A stretch of 63,400 bases of DNA, the filler included, from Octopus bimaculoides (Eukaryota): the NCBI RefSeq assembly GCF_001194135.2. It is 4 parts of 4 records of this genome, joined end to end, with 100 filler letters (N's around TTAATTAATTAA, not from the genome) between each part and the next. Parts side by side here need not be neighbours in the genome. Positions count along the whole stretch, not along the records: positions 41,880 to 61,519 come from NC_069010.1; positions 61,620 to 63,400 come from NW_026426632.1; 2 more parts are not named here. The stretch is one strand, 5' to 3'. The translations under genes were made by a program, and so were the position numbers. The notes under the pieces were generated by a model. It was not told the origin of the DNA and did not search any database. It worked only from the letters and a program-made list of their open reading frames with translations. Position 1 is the first letter of the stretch. Each line of letters begins with the position of its first letter. This document shows, piece after piece, positions 51,302 through 62,656 of the stretch.

Positions 51302-51442
51302 CTCAGAGGCCAGCTGTGTTGTCCCCATCAATTCACAGAGGAATGTATATTCTACATTGGTCAGTCCAGCCGCATACTGGGCTCCAACATCGATATTTAG
51401 GGGCAGAAATAGATTCCACAGACCCTCCTGTTTGGCCTTCAC
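51302..51442 (-). CDS. ACAD10: ACAD10/11-type acyl-CoA dehydrogenase, first visible exon ([14 protein letters not shown]...[13 protein letters not shown])
   Basis: tttatag|GTG acceptor and GAG|gtaagg donor; 141 bp, phase 0-0. GLWNLFLP and GLTNVEY..LCELMG match the ACAD10 dehydrogenase domain as I recall it. Confidence 0.93.
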
Positions 51443-51989
51443 CTATAAACACAGAGAGAAATATGAGAATCAGAGGCATTCGTTCGTTTCTTGCGAACTA
51501 ATTAACATGTAAGTGGAGATTTATTTATGGTGAATGAGTGGGTGGGTTAAAGTGTTAATGATGGAGGGGCAGTGTTGGTGACCCTCATAACCCATTGAGG
51601 GTGGTCAGGTAAGTTAATGTCTACCTTGGAACATTTAAAAGTCAGTGAGGACAAATACAGGAACAATAAAGATGAGGAGAAAATTATAGGCGATTGGCAT
51701 GGTAGGATTGAGGAAGGATTGGGTGGGACCTTTAGGGTGAAGTAGGGTGAAGAGATGAGGGGCATTGAATGGAAGAAATAGAATGACAATGAGTTCCGAG
51801 GAACAGGGGCCATTATGAACAGAGTAGATAAGGTAGAAAGAGGGGACAACACATGAGTATTGGAGGATAACCTCTTGTAGCTTTCCACTATCCCAGATGG
51901 TAGAGGGAGCAGTGGGCCTCGTATTCCAGCTCTATAGACTCCATAGTCGATACCAATCCATCTGAGACCACCCCCACTGGTTCTGTAAT

Positions 51990-52340
51990 TCCTGTTCCTT
52001 TGTCATTCTATAATAAAGGGTAAAAACCCCTTTGACCATAAATGACCATGGGATTGCACTTAGAAAGTCACCCTCCCAGGCACAAGTCCGGGCAAGGTTA
52101 TTTATGGAAGACCAGCAGTCACCCATGCACACGGGTCCACACTCTCCATGCCATTAATGTTATCCAAGGGAAAGGCAAAGGGGCCGATACAGCTTGGCAC
52201 CTGTGACGTCGCAACTCATTTCTACAGCTGAGTGAACTGGAGCAATATGAAATAAAGTGTCTTGCTCAAGAACACAACATGCAGCCCCAGTTCAAGAATC
52301 GAACTCATTACCTCATGATTGTGAACCCGACGCTCTAACC
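51990..52340 (-). mobile_element. tRNA-derived SINE, alternative-tail subfamily; related partial copy at 54405-54630
   Basis: Head tggctcagtggttagagcgtcggg...gagttcgattc and the gagcaagacacttt core. Confidence 0.75.
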
Positions 52341-53554
52341 ACTGAGCCATGCATCTTCACCACTCAATAACAGTATAAAAATATCATGTTACCACACGCT
52401 GACTCTCTGCTTCTCTCTCTCTCTCTCTTGCTACCTCCCTTCTCTCCCTTTCATTCATTCTCTCTTCTCCCTCTCTCTCTCTCACTCTTTCCTTTACATC
52501 TTCTTCCCTCCCTCTATCTCCCCTCCTCTCTTCTGTTCTCTCATTCATCTCCCTCCCCCTCTCACTCTCTTTCTCTCCTCTCTTCCTTCCATCCCTCCCT
52601 CTATCCCTCTCTTCCTTTCTCTCTCTCTCTCTCATGTCACCCACTTTCTTTCCCTCTCCATCCCTCCCTCTACCCCTCTCACCNNNNNNNNNNNNNNNNN
52701 NNNNNNNNNNNNNNNNNNNNNNNNNNNNNNNNNNNNNNNNNNNNNNNNNNNNNNNNNNNNNNNNNNNNNNNNNNNNNNNNNNNNNNNNNNNNNNNNNNNN
52801 NNNNNNNNNNNNNNNNNNNNNNNNNNNNNNNNNNNNNNNNNNNNNNNNNNNNNNNNNNNNNNNNNNNNNNNNNNNNNNNNNNNNNNNNNNNNNNNNNNNN
52901 NNNNNNNNNNNNNNNNNNNNNNNNNNNNNNNNNNNNNNNNNNNNNNNNNNNNNNNNNNNNNNNNNNNNNNNNNNNNNNNNNNNNNNNNNNNNNNNNNNNN
53001 NNNNNNNNNNNNNNNNNNNNNNNNNNNNNNNNNNNNNNNNNNNNNNNNNNNNNNNNNNNNNNNNNNNNNNNNNNNNNNNNNNNNNNNNNNNNNNNNNNNN
53101 NNNNNNNNNNNNNNNNNNNNNNNNNNNNNNNNNNNNNNNNNNNNNNNNNNNNNNNNNNNNNNNNNNNNNNNNNNNNNNNNNNNNNNNNNNNNNNNNNNNN
53201 NNNNNNNNNNNNNNNNNNNNNNNNNNNNNNNNNNNNNNNNNNNNNNNNNNNNNNNNNNNNNNNNNNNNNNNNNNNNNNNNNNNNNNNNNNNNNNNNNNNN
53301 NNNNNNNNNNNNNNNNNNNNNNNNNNNNNNNNNNNNNNNNNNNNNNNNNNNNNNNNNNNNNNNNNNNNNNNNNNNNNNNNNNNNNNNNNNNNNNNNNNNN
53401 NNNNNNNNNNNNNNNNNNNNNNNNNNNNNNNNNNNNNNNNNNNNNNNNNNNNNNNNNNNNNNNNNAGCATGGCCACAGTCAAAAGACTGAAACAGGTAAA
53501 AGAGTAAAAGAGTAAAGAGTATGTGTTCTTTAAACTCAAGTTTGTCTATGGACC

Positions 53555-53900
53555 AGTATATAGTGAACACAAGCTTGTCCATCAACCCCCATCAACACTG
53601 TCACTCCAAGAAATTTCTTCACCTCATCTCTGCAAGAGTCACGCACCATGAAGTCGTGCAAGTATGGACTTTTGGTTGCTTCAACAAATTGATTTGGCAA
53701 CAGTATCGACTGGTCTTGATAGCCATCAGTCCAAATTCTGTGATTCTGTGTCTTTCACACAAACATCGAAGTCCTCCCTCGAGTGGTGGTGCATCTGCAT
53801 CAATGCTCACATGCAACCCACTCTCCCCACCAACGTTGAACAGCGTGGTCTGCAGTTCAGTTCTATCACGGGGTGGCCAGTTCAGTTGCATGTCACAAGG
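53555..53900 (-). mobile_element. piggyBac transposase relic
   Basis: LMAIKTSRYCCQ resembles IVxETNRYA; DEVKKFLGVTVLMGL resembles EMKxFLGLxILMG. Confidence 0.6.
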
Positions 53901-54134
53901 AGGGCCCCTTATATGTTCTCTAGCTACTCAGCATTAATCTGTTCAAAAGTTCCCACATTTAATAGAATTATGTTTCCAGGATAAAAACCTTTAGAAATCA
54001 CCATCGGAATCACTATTACCAAATTAACTTTCGCCATCTTACTTTCTTGGCTGTATTTGAAATTTTGCTCTTGTCTTAAATTTAGAAATTTGCCCCACAA
54101 ACTGGGAGGTGGTGGTGTAAATCACCATTATCCT

Positions 54135-54330
54135 CATCATCATCATCATCATTTAACATCCATTTTCCATGCTGGCACAGGTTGGACGGTTTGGTAAGCT
54201 GGGGGAGTTACACCAAGTTTCAGTCTGATTTGGCACGGTTTATACAGCTGGATGCTCTTCCTAACACCGAGGATGTCCTTCTTAACGTCACATGCAAATG
54301 TGGTCTCACAACCACTTTCTATTGGCCAGT
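54135..54330 (-). mobile_element. RTE 3-prime tail fragment
   Basis: catcatcatttaacatccattttccatgctggcac...cagctggatgctcttcctaac. Confidence 0.65.
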
Positions 54331-54719
54331 AAAGATAACATGTATACACTATGTCCTATGAAATATGGAGAATTCCAAGAAGTAGCTCACTATTGAAAAG
54401 GTAGTTTATGGAAGACCAGCAGTCGCCCATGCATACCGGTCTCCCCTCGCCATGCCACCGATGTTATCCAAGGGAAAGGCAAAGGGGACAATACAGCTAG
54501 GCACCAGTGACATCGCAATTCATTTCTACAGCTGAATGAACTGGAGCAACATGAAATAAAGTGTCTTGCTCAGGAATACAACACACAGCCTCATGATTGT
54601 GAACCTGACGCTATAACCACTGAGCCCGTACCAGAAGGAAACATACACAAAACTGAGCATATTCGGTTGTCATACGCTAAGGGTTAAGAGAATCATTTCT
54701 TAAATATATATTCATAAGC

Positions 54720-54918
54720 ACAGGTGTGGTTGTGTGGTAAGAAGCTTTTAAGTACCAGTTATGCACTGGGGGGGGGGGGTTTGATGTAATCGACTTAACC
54801 CCTTTGTCTGTCTTTGTTTGTCCTCTCTATGTTTAGTCCCTTGTGGGCAATAAAGAAATAAGAAGCTTGCTTCCCAACTATGTGGTTCCGGTTTCAGTCC
54901 CACTGCTTTGCACCTTGG

Positions 54919-54955
<37 letters not shown>

Positions 54956-55140
54956 CGATGGGCTTCTTTCAGTTTCCGTCTACCAAATCCACTCACAAGG
55001 CTTTGGTCGGCCCGAGGCTATAGTAGAAGACACTTGCCCAAGGTGCCCAAGTGTCTTCTACTATAGCTTCAGGCCAACCAAAGCCTTGTGAATGGATTTG
55101 GTAGATGGAAACTGAAAGAAACCTGCCGTGTGTGTGAGTG
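54720..55140. mobile_element. Nested and inverted SINE cluster
   Basis: Plus, minus and plus copies of the ggcaagtgtcttctactatagc family, plus a tail module of the 28450 family. Confidence 0.7.
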
Positions 55141-55813
55141 TGTGTGTGTGTGTCNNNNNNNNNNNNNNNNNNNNNNNNNNNNNNNNNNNNNNNNNNNNNN
55201 NNNNNNNNNNNNNNNNNNNNNNNNNNNNNNNNNNNNNNNNNNNNNNNNNNNNNNNNNNNNNNNNNNNNNNNNNNNNNNNNNNNNNNNNNNNNNNNNNNNN
55301 NNNNNNNNNNNNNNNNNNNNNNNNNNNNNNNNNNNNNNNNNNNNNNNNNNNNNNNNNNNNNNNNNNNNNNNNNNNNNNNNNNNNNNNNNNNNNNNNNNNN
55401 NNNNNNNNNNNNNNNNNNNNNNNNNNNNNNNNNNNNNNNNNNNNNNNNNNNNNNNNNNNNNNNNNNNNNNNNNNNNNNNNNNNNNNNNNNNNNNNNNNNN
55501 NNNNNNNNNNNNNNNNNNNNNNNNNNNNNNNNNNNNNNNNNNNNNNNNNNNNNNNNNNNNNNNNNNNNNNNNNNNNNNNNNNNNNNNNNNNNNNNNNNNN
55601 NNNNNNNNNNNNNNNNNNNNNNNNNNNNNNNNNNNNNNNNNNNNNNNNNNNNNNNNNNNNNNNNNNNNNNNNNNNNNNNNNNNNNNNNNNNNNNNNNNNN
55701 NNNNNNNNNNNNNNNNNNNNNNNNNNNNNNNNNNNNNNNNNNNNNNNNNNNNNNNNNNNNNNNNNNNNNNNNNNNNNNNNNNNNNNNNNNNNNNNNNNNN
55801 NNNNNNNNNNNNN

Positions 55814-56100
55814 GCTGGATGCCCTTCCTAACGCCAACCACTCTGAGAGTGTAGTGGGTGCTTTTACGTGCCACCCGCACGAAGGCCAGTCAGGCGGTAC
55901 TGGCAACGGCCACGCTCAAAATGGTGCATTTTATGTGCCACCCGCACAAGAGCCAGTCCAGGGTCACTGGCAACGATCTCGCTCAAAATGGTGTATTTTA
56001 TGTGCCACTCGCACAAGAGCCAGTCCAGGGGCACTGGCAACGATCTCGCTCGAAAATCCTATGAAGGCCAGGATTTTCAAGCGAGGTGGATGTTAAATGA
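55814..56100 (-). repeat. RTE-tail family element with GC-rich subrepeats, followed by (GAT/GAC)n
   Basis: gctggatgcccttcctaacgccaaccactctgagagtgtagtgggtgcttttacgtgccacc plus tandem units. Confidence 0.7.
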
Positions 56101-56743
56101 TGACGACAACAATGATGATGCTGACGATGATGATAATGATGATAATGATGACGATGACGATTATGATGACAATGATGACGTTAAATGCTGACGATAATGA
56201 TGATTATGATGATGGTGATGATGATGGTTATGACGACTGATGAACACAATGATGATGATGATGATGATGATGAATGATGACAACAAGGATGGAGATGATG
56301 ACAATGACAACAACGACGACAAAGACAATGATGATGATGATGACAATGATGATATTGGCAGAGGTGACTGACATCGTTATAATTGCTGACTCAATGCTTT
56401 CATCACAGCAACCCCAGATCCTGGCTCCAGCAATGCCTGGCTTTGATCCCCCAGCCTCATTAATTCCACTCTGCCCCAAACATCTGTCTTATTACACATC
56501 GTTATGCACACTGCTTTCTTCATGGGGGTCAGTGACCCTTTTTACTATCACTGCTTTCACCAGAGTTCTTGCGTTGTCACACATAGGGGTCATCTTGCAT
56601 AACATCAATGTTTGCAGGTTCTAAATTCATGTATTCCCATCGCCACCACCAGACAAAGAACACAACTGCAACATGTTATAGACTTCCATTTATTCAACTC
56701 AGACTGTCTTACAAGGCAGTGCCTTATATATATAATATACACA

Positions 56744-56798
<55 letters not shown>

Positions 56799-56885
56799 AT
56801 TTAATAATAAGGGTAGAAATTGATATTCATCAATTAAAACCAGTGATCTAGCATATCTAAAAAAATCCGAAGATTAAAATTATAT

Positions 56886-57047
56886 TATATACAAAAATAA
56901 GAGGAATGACCAGCAAAAGTGGACTCCTATATGCTAGAAATAGATGCTGAATCTCCTAACCACGAAGAATATTCTTCGTGGTTAGGTGATTCGGCATCTA
57001 TTTCTAGCATATAGGAGTCCACTTTTGCTGGTCATTCCTCTTATTTT

Positions 57048-57055
<8 letters not shown>
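56886..57055. repeat. 170-bp near-perfect palindrome with no spacer
   Basis: 85-bp arms centred at gaat|attc (56970/56971), with 2 mismatched pairs. Confidence 0.97.
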
Positions 57056-57089
<34 letters not shown>

Positions 57090-57091
<2 letters not shown>

Positions 57092-58105
57092 CTGCAGAAG
57101 GTATATAAAGACATACCTTTTCTTAGTCACTGCAGCAGTTTTTGCTAACTCTGTATAATCTTTGTTTCAGAAAATAATAATAGCAGACCCTCAGCTAATT
57201 CAAAAAACGAAGAGGCATGCTGTTATCATGGCTATAAAGGCCGAGCTTAGCAATTTAGAAATATCTCGATTTGTAAAAGTCACCAGATATTTTGTCGGCA
57301 AAGTTTGTTAGGAGTCAGAGACCTGAAGATGGAAACATACCACCAGTATTAAAGCATAAAAGGCATTATAAACACTCTGAAATCATCAGAACACCTGAAT
57401 TTATCCAACATGTTCACTAGAACATTGATTACAATCCCAGAAAATTCATGAGGTCAATTGCAAAGGATGTCCATGTGTCAGAAGGAACAGTCAGAAATGC
57501 TGACATCAGACATAAGTCTTATATGATGAGGAATGGTCAATTTATGTCAGGAAAAGCAAAAGGAAATCTCAGCATCATTAACAGAAGAAATGACAAATGG
57601 CTATGTGCAGAACCCTATGAAGTTCCAAGAGTTGTGCATGCAAAATTTCGTGCAACTGCCATAGTTTTAGGGTCTGTCAGCAACGAAGGACATGTGATGC
57701 CTCCTTACTTCTTTCCATAAGGTCTTAGAGTTAACTCTGCCACCTACGCTGAAGCCCTGGAAAATGTTTGTTAAGCCCTGGATAGGAAATGGAAGGCCAT
57801 ATGTGATTAGCAAGACTCTGCACTATCACACAAGGCTTAAGTGACACAGGAATATGGATGGTTGACAATTTTCATGATCATGTAACCACCAACATTTGGC
57901 CTGTTAATTCTTCACACTTCAATCCATTGGCCTATTACGTGAGGAGTGTTGTTGAGAGAGAGAGAGAGGTCAATGAACACACCCATAACACCAAAGATTC
58001 TTTGAAAGCCACCATGGTCAGAGTAATGTCCAAAATGGACCAAGACTACTTTGATTTGAGCATGTAGACAATTTAGATCTCGCATAAAAGCAGTTACTGC
58101 AACTG
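57090..58105 (+). mobile_element. Degenerate maT (Bmmar1-like) transposon
   Basis: RSIAKDVHVSEGTVR, VLGSVSNEGHVMPPYFF, QDSALSHKA, WPVNSSHFNPLAYYV. Confidence 0.82.
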
Positions 58106-60613
58106 AAGATGGCTTTATATGTATATATNNNNNNNNNNNNNNNNNNNNNNNNNNNNNNNNNNNNNNNNNNNNNNNNNNNNNNNNNNNNNNNNNNNNNNNN
58201 NNNNNNNNNNNNNNNNNNNNNNNNNNNNNNNNNNNNNNNNNNNNNNNNNNNNNNNNNNNNNNNNNNNNNNNNNNNNNNNNNNNNNNNNNNNNNNNNNNNN
58301 NNNNNNNNNNNNNNNNNNNNNNNNNNNNNNNNNNNNNNNNNNNNNNNNNNNNNNNNNNNNNNNNNNNNNNNNNNNNNNNNNNNNNNNNNNNNNNNNNNNN
58401 NNNNNNNNNNNNNNNNNNNNNNNNNNNNNNNNNNNNNNNNNNNNNNNNNNNNNNNNNNNNNNNNNNNNNNNNNNNNNNNNNNNNNNNNNNNNNNNNNNNN
58501 NNNNNNNNNNNNNNNNNNNNNNNNNNNNNNNNNNNNNNNNNNNNNNNNNNNNNNNNNNNNNNNNNNNNNNNNNNNNNNNNNNNNNNNNNNNNNNNNNNNN
58601 NNNNNNNNNNNNNNNNNNNNNNNNNNNNNNNNNNNNNNNNNNNNNNNNNNNNNNNNNNNNNNNNNNNNNNNNNNNNNNNNNNNNNNNNNNNNNNNNNNNN
58701 NNNNNNNNNNNNNNNNNNNNNNNNNNNNNNNNNNNNNNNNNNNNNNNNNNNNNNNNNNNNNNNNNNNNNNNNNNNNNNNNNNNNNNNNNNNNNNNNNNNN
58801 NNNNNNNNNNNNNNNNNNNNNNNNNNNNNNNNNNNNNNNNNNNNNNNNNNNNNNNNNNNNNNNNNNNNNNNNNNNNNNNNNNNNNNNNNNNNNNNNNNNN
58901 NNNNNNNNNNNNNNNNNNNNNNNNNNNNNNNNNNNNNNNNNNNNNNNNNNNNNNNNNNNNNNNTATATATATATATATATATATGATTTCTGTGACTCCA
59001 CACTCTGTTGTCTTTCTTTCTCTCTATCCCTCCATAATCCTCTATATTTTCCATTTCTCCCCCTCTCCTTCTTTGCTATCCCCTATCTGTCTTTCTCCCA
59101 TTCTCTACTATCTTTCTTTCCTTCTCCTTTCTCCTCACTCCCTTTGTTTCTTTCCATCCTCCTCTCTCTTGTCCCTCATCCTCTCTCCTGTCCTTCATAC
59201 TTTCTCTTGTCCCCCTTCCCCTCTGCCTCTTGCTCACACGTGACTACAAGCCATTTCTCTGGCCCCTGTCTTTTCTGGACAAGACATCCACCAGGCTGGA
59301 TGTCATTCCTCTCACCTCCCAAAATGTTTTTCTCTTCTACTATTTTCTTCTCTTCTATTTATTCTATTTCCTTTTAAAATTTTCTCCCAGGTGTTACCCA
59401 TTACAATTTGTCTTGGCCTAACAGCCCTTAATATTTGTCTTCGTCGATTGTTTACTTTGTACATCCACTCTGTTGTTGTTTGTTTGTTCGTTCATTTGAA
59501 GCCCTAACTCTCCACAAATTTTACATTTTAAAAATTTCTGGATGCTGCTGTCTTACGAAGTTTTCCTGTCTTGTTGTTAAAAGCATGAAATAGGGAGTAG
59601 TAAAACAGTTGATAACTGACGAGCAAGTTATCTTCTTTTGGTATTTTGTCCTGTACTTATCTCTCATTTTTCACTCATTTGTAATGTCCTGTACTTATTG
59701 TGTATTTTCTATTTGATTATATATATATATATATATATNNNNNNNNNNNNNNNNNNNNNNNNNNNNNNNNNNNNNNNNNNNNNNNNNNNNNNNNNNNNNN
59801 NNNNNNNNNNNNNNNNNNNNNNNNNNNNNNNNNNNNNNNNNNNNNNNNNNNNNNNNNNNNNNNNNNNNNNNNNNNNNNNNNNNNNNNNNNNNNNNNNNNN
59901 NNNNNNNNNNNNNNNNNNNNNNNNNNNNNNNNNNNNNNNNNNNNNNNNNNNNNNNNNNNNNNNNNNNNNNNNNNNNNNNNNNNNNNNNNNNNNNNNNNNN
60001 NNNNNNNNNNNNNNNNNNNNNNNNNNNNNNNNNNNNNNNNNNNNNNNNNNNNNNNNNNNNNNNNNNNNNNNNNNNNNNNNNNNNNNNNNNNNNNNNNNNN
60101 NNNNNNNNNNNNNNNNNNNNNNNNNNNNNNNNNNNNNNNNNNNNNNNNNNNNNNNNNNNNNNNNNNNNNNNNNNNNNNNNNNNNNNNNNNNNNNNNNNNN
60201 NNNNNNNNNNNNNNNNNNNNNNNNNNNNNNNNNNNNNNNNNNNNNNNNNNNNNNNNNNNNNNNNNNNNNNNNNNNNNNNNNNNNNNNNNNNNNNNNNNNN
60301 NNNNNNNNNNNNNNNNNNNNNNNNNNNNNNNNNNNNNNNNNNNNNNNNNNNNNNNNNNNNNNNNNNNNNNNNNNNNNNNNNNNNNNNNNNNNNNNNNNNN
60401 NNNNNNNNNNNNNNNNNNNNNNNNNNNNNNNNNNNNNNNNNNNNNNNNNNNNNNNNNNNNNNNNNNNNNNNNNNNNNNNNNNNNNNNNNNNNNNNNNNNN
60501 NNNNNNNNNNNNNNNNNNNNNNNNNNNNNCAGCATGAAACCAATGGTAGCTTTGTTAACCCACAAATAAAGAATGTAAGTGCTGAGCCCTTATTCTCACT
60601 GTTCAATATTAGC

Positions 60614-60653
<40 letters not shown>

Positions 60654-60658
<5 letters not shown>

Positions 60659-61063
60659 AATCATCACTGACTAAGGATGCCGAAGCAACTACATGGCTAG
60701 AAATAAGAGCTAAAAATTCTTAGTGCTGTAAGAAGGGCACAAGATATATATATATCAATACTGACAGGGGAGGTAACTGCCTCATGACCTATCTAAAATG
60801 ACCAGACTTGATCTAGTCTCAGTTATTCTGTAGGCATCGTAAGTAGTGACTGCTCAGATGGAATTAGCTGACCATCGGCCATGTGAACAGTCACTACTGA
60901 TGATGCCTACAGAATAGGCGAAACTAGATCTGGTCTGGTCATTCTAGAGACGATCATGAGGCAGTTACCTCCCCTGTCGGTATAGGTGTATCTTGTGCTC
61001 GTCTTGCAGTAGTAAGAGTTTTTAGCATGTAGTTGCTTCATCACACTTCCTGATGATTAAATT
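60654..61063. repeat. About 410-bp imperfect fold-back, probably inverted Penelope-like pseudo-LTRs
   Basis: aatttaatcatca/tgatgattaaatt; gacaggggaggtaactgcctcatga/tcatgaggcagttacctcccctgtc; tattctgtaggcatc/gatgcctacagaata; short central loop. Confidence 0.9.
60889..60943 (+). ncRNA. Candidate type I hammerhead ribozyme, Penelope-type
   Basis: Core CUGAUGA (60897-60903); stem II GCCUA/UAGGC; GAAA (60920-23); stem III ACUA/UGGU with a GAUC loop; GUC triplet ending at 60935; stem I ACUA/UGGU plus 3 further pairs. Confidence 0.65.
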
Positions 61064-61519
61064 GTTTCTTTATGGTCTTATATTGCACCTAGCTGTTGAT
61101 ATTGATTAATATATATATAAATATATATATATATATACACACACACATGTATGTATGTATAGGCAAATATATGTGGCCCACAGTATAAAGTCACACAAGA
61201 AAACTAGGCTAAAAATCCAATGAGCCATGAAACAGTGTTTCACAAGACAGAATATTCTGGAAGGCATTGCTGTAATTATTGCCATGTTTGTAAAAGATCT
61301 TAAGGATGGAAGCTTGGTTTAGAAAGAAAGAAAGGAAGGAAGGGGATAGGAGGAAGGAAGGGGATAGGAGGAAGGAAGGGGATAGGAGGAAGGGGAAGGG
61401 AGAAAGAAAGACAAAAAGAAAAAGAAGGGATGGAGGACGAAAGGAAGGAAAGAAGGAAGGATGAGAGGGAGGGAGGAAGAAAGGAAGTAAGAGAGGGAGG
61501 GAAGGAGGGAGGGAGGGAG

Positions 61520-61619
61520 NNNNNNNNNNNNNNNNNNNNNNNNNNNNNNNNNNNNNNNNNNNNTTAATTAATTAANNNNNNNNNNNNNNNNNNNNNNNNN
61601 NNNNNNNNNNNNNNNNNNN
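61520..61619. other. Artificial scaffold-join linker
   Basis: 44 N + TTAATTAATTAA + 44 N. Confidence 0.93.
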
Positions 61620-62656
61620 CCAATGCCGAATATTTGCTCTCGCACGGACAAACTAAATGTGTCCCTTCCGCCATTGCGGTTCCAGTTAATCTGGTGGGGG
61701 CCATGTGATATGTGGTTGATCCTGACTGAGGGTAGTGGGCCCTCTGGAGGTGATTGGTAGACTGCCGATAGTCTGCCTCCTGGTGGGACTGACTGGCCGA
61801 CATGGGGTACGTTATGACCCGAGTCGATGGTCAGTGAAGACCCGGGTTTGCGCGGTATGTGGTGACCCATTCGTCTTGGTGAGGTCCGATGTNNNNNNNN
61901 NNNNNNNNNNNNNNNNNNNNNNNNNNNNNNNNNNNNNNNNNNNNNNNNNNNNNNNNNNNNNNNNNNNNNNNNNNNNNNNNNNNNNNNNNNNNNNNNNNNN
62001 NNNNNNNNNNNNNNNNNNNNNNNNNNNNNNNNNNNNNNNNNNNNNNNNNNNNNNNNNNNNNNNNNNNNNNNNNNNNNNNNNNNNNNNNNNNNNNNNNNNN
62101 NNNNNNNNNNNNNNNNNNNNNNNNNNNNNNNNNNNNNNNNNNNNNNNNNNNNNNNNNNNNNNNNNNNNNNNNNNNNNNNNNNNNNNNNNNNNNNNNNNNN
62201 NNNNNNNNNNNNNNNNNNNNNNNNNNNNNNNNNNNNNNNNNNNNNNNNNNNNNNNNNNNNNNNNNNNNNNNNNNNNNNNNNNNNNNNNNNNNNNNNNNNN
62301 NNNNNNNNNNNNNNNNNNNNNNNNNNNNNNNNNNNNNNNNNNNNNNNNNNNNNNNNNNNNNNNNNNNNNNNNNNNNNNNNNNNNNNNNNNNNNNNNNNNN
62401 NNNNNNNNNNNNNNNNNNNNNNNNNNNNNNNNNNNNNNNNNNNNNNNNNNNNNNNNNNNNNNNNNNNNNNNNNNNNNNNNNNNNNNNNNNNNNNNNNNNN
62501 NNNNNNNNNNNNNNNNNNNNNNNNNNNNNNTTTTTTTTCTTGCCCATAAAACTATCCGTTCCAGCTGTGATAGTTATGTAAACGGAAGAGTCGGCCGCGG
62601 TAGCGTCGGAGGGGGCTGTGGAATGGTATCAGCCTAAAAATAGCTGACAGTAGATT

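Noticed and set aside
2965-60606. Many long ORFs in the track that are filled with X or with YIYI, THTH, VCVC, SLSL runs
   Set aside because: They are translations of N gaps and microsatellites, not genes.
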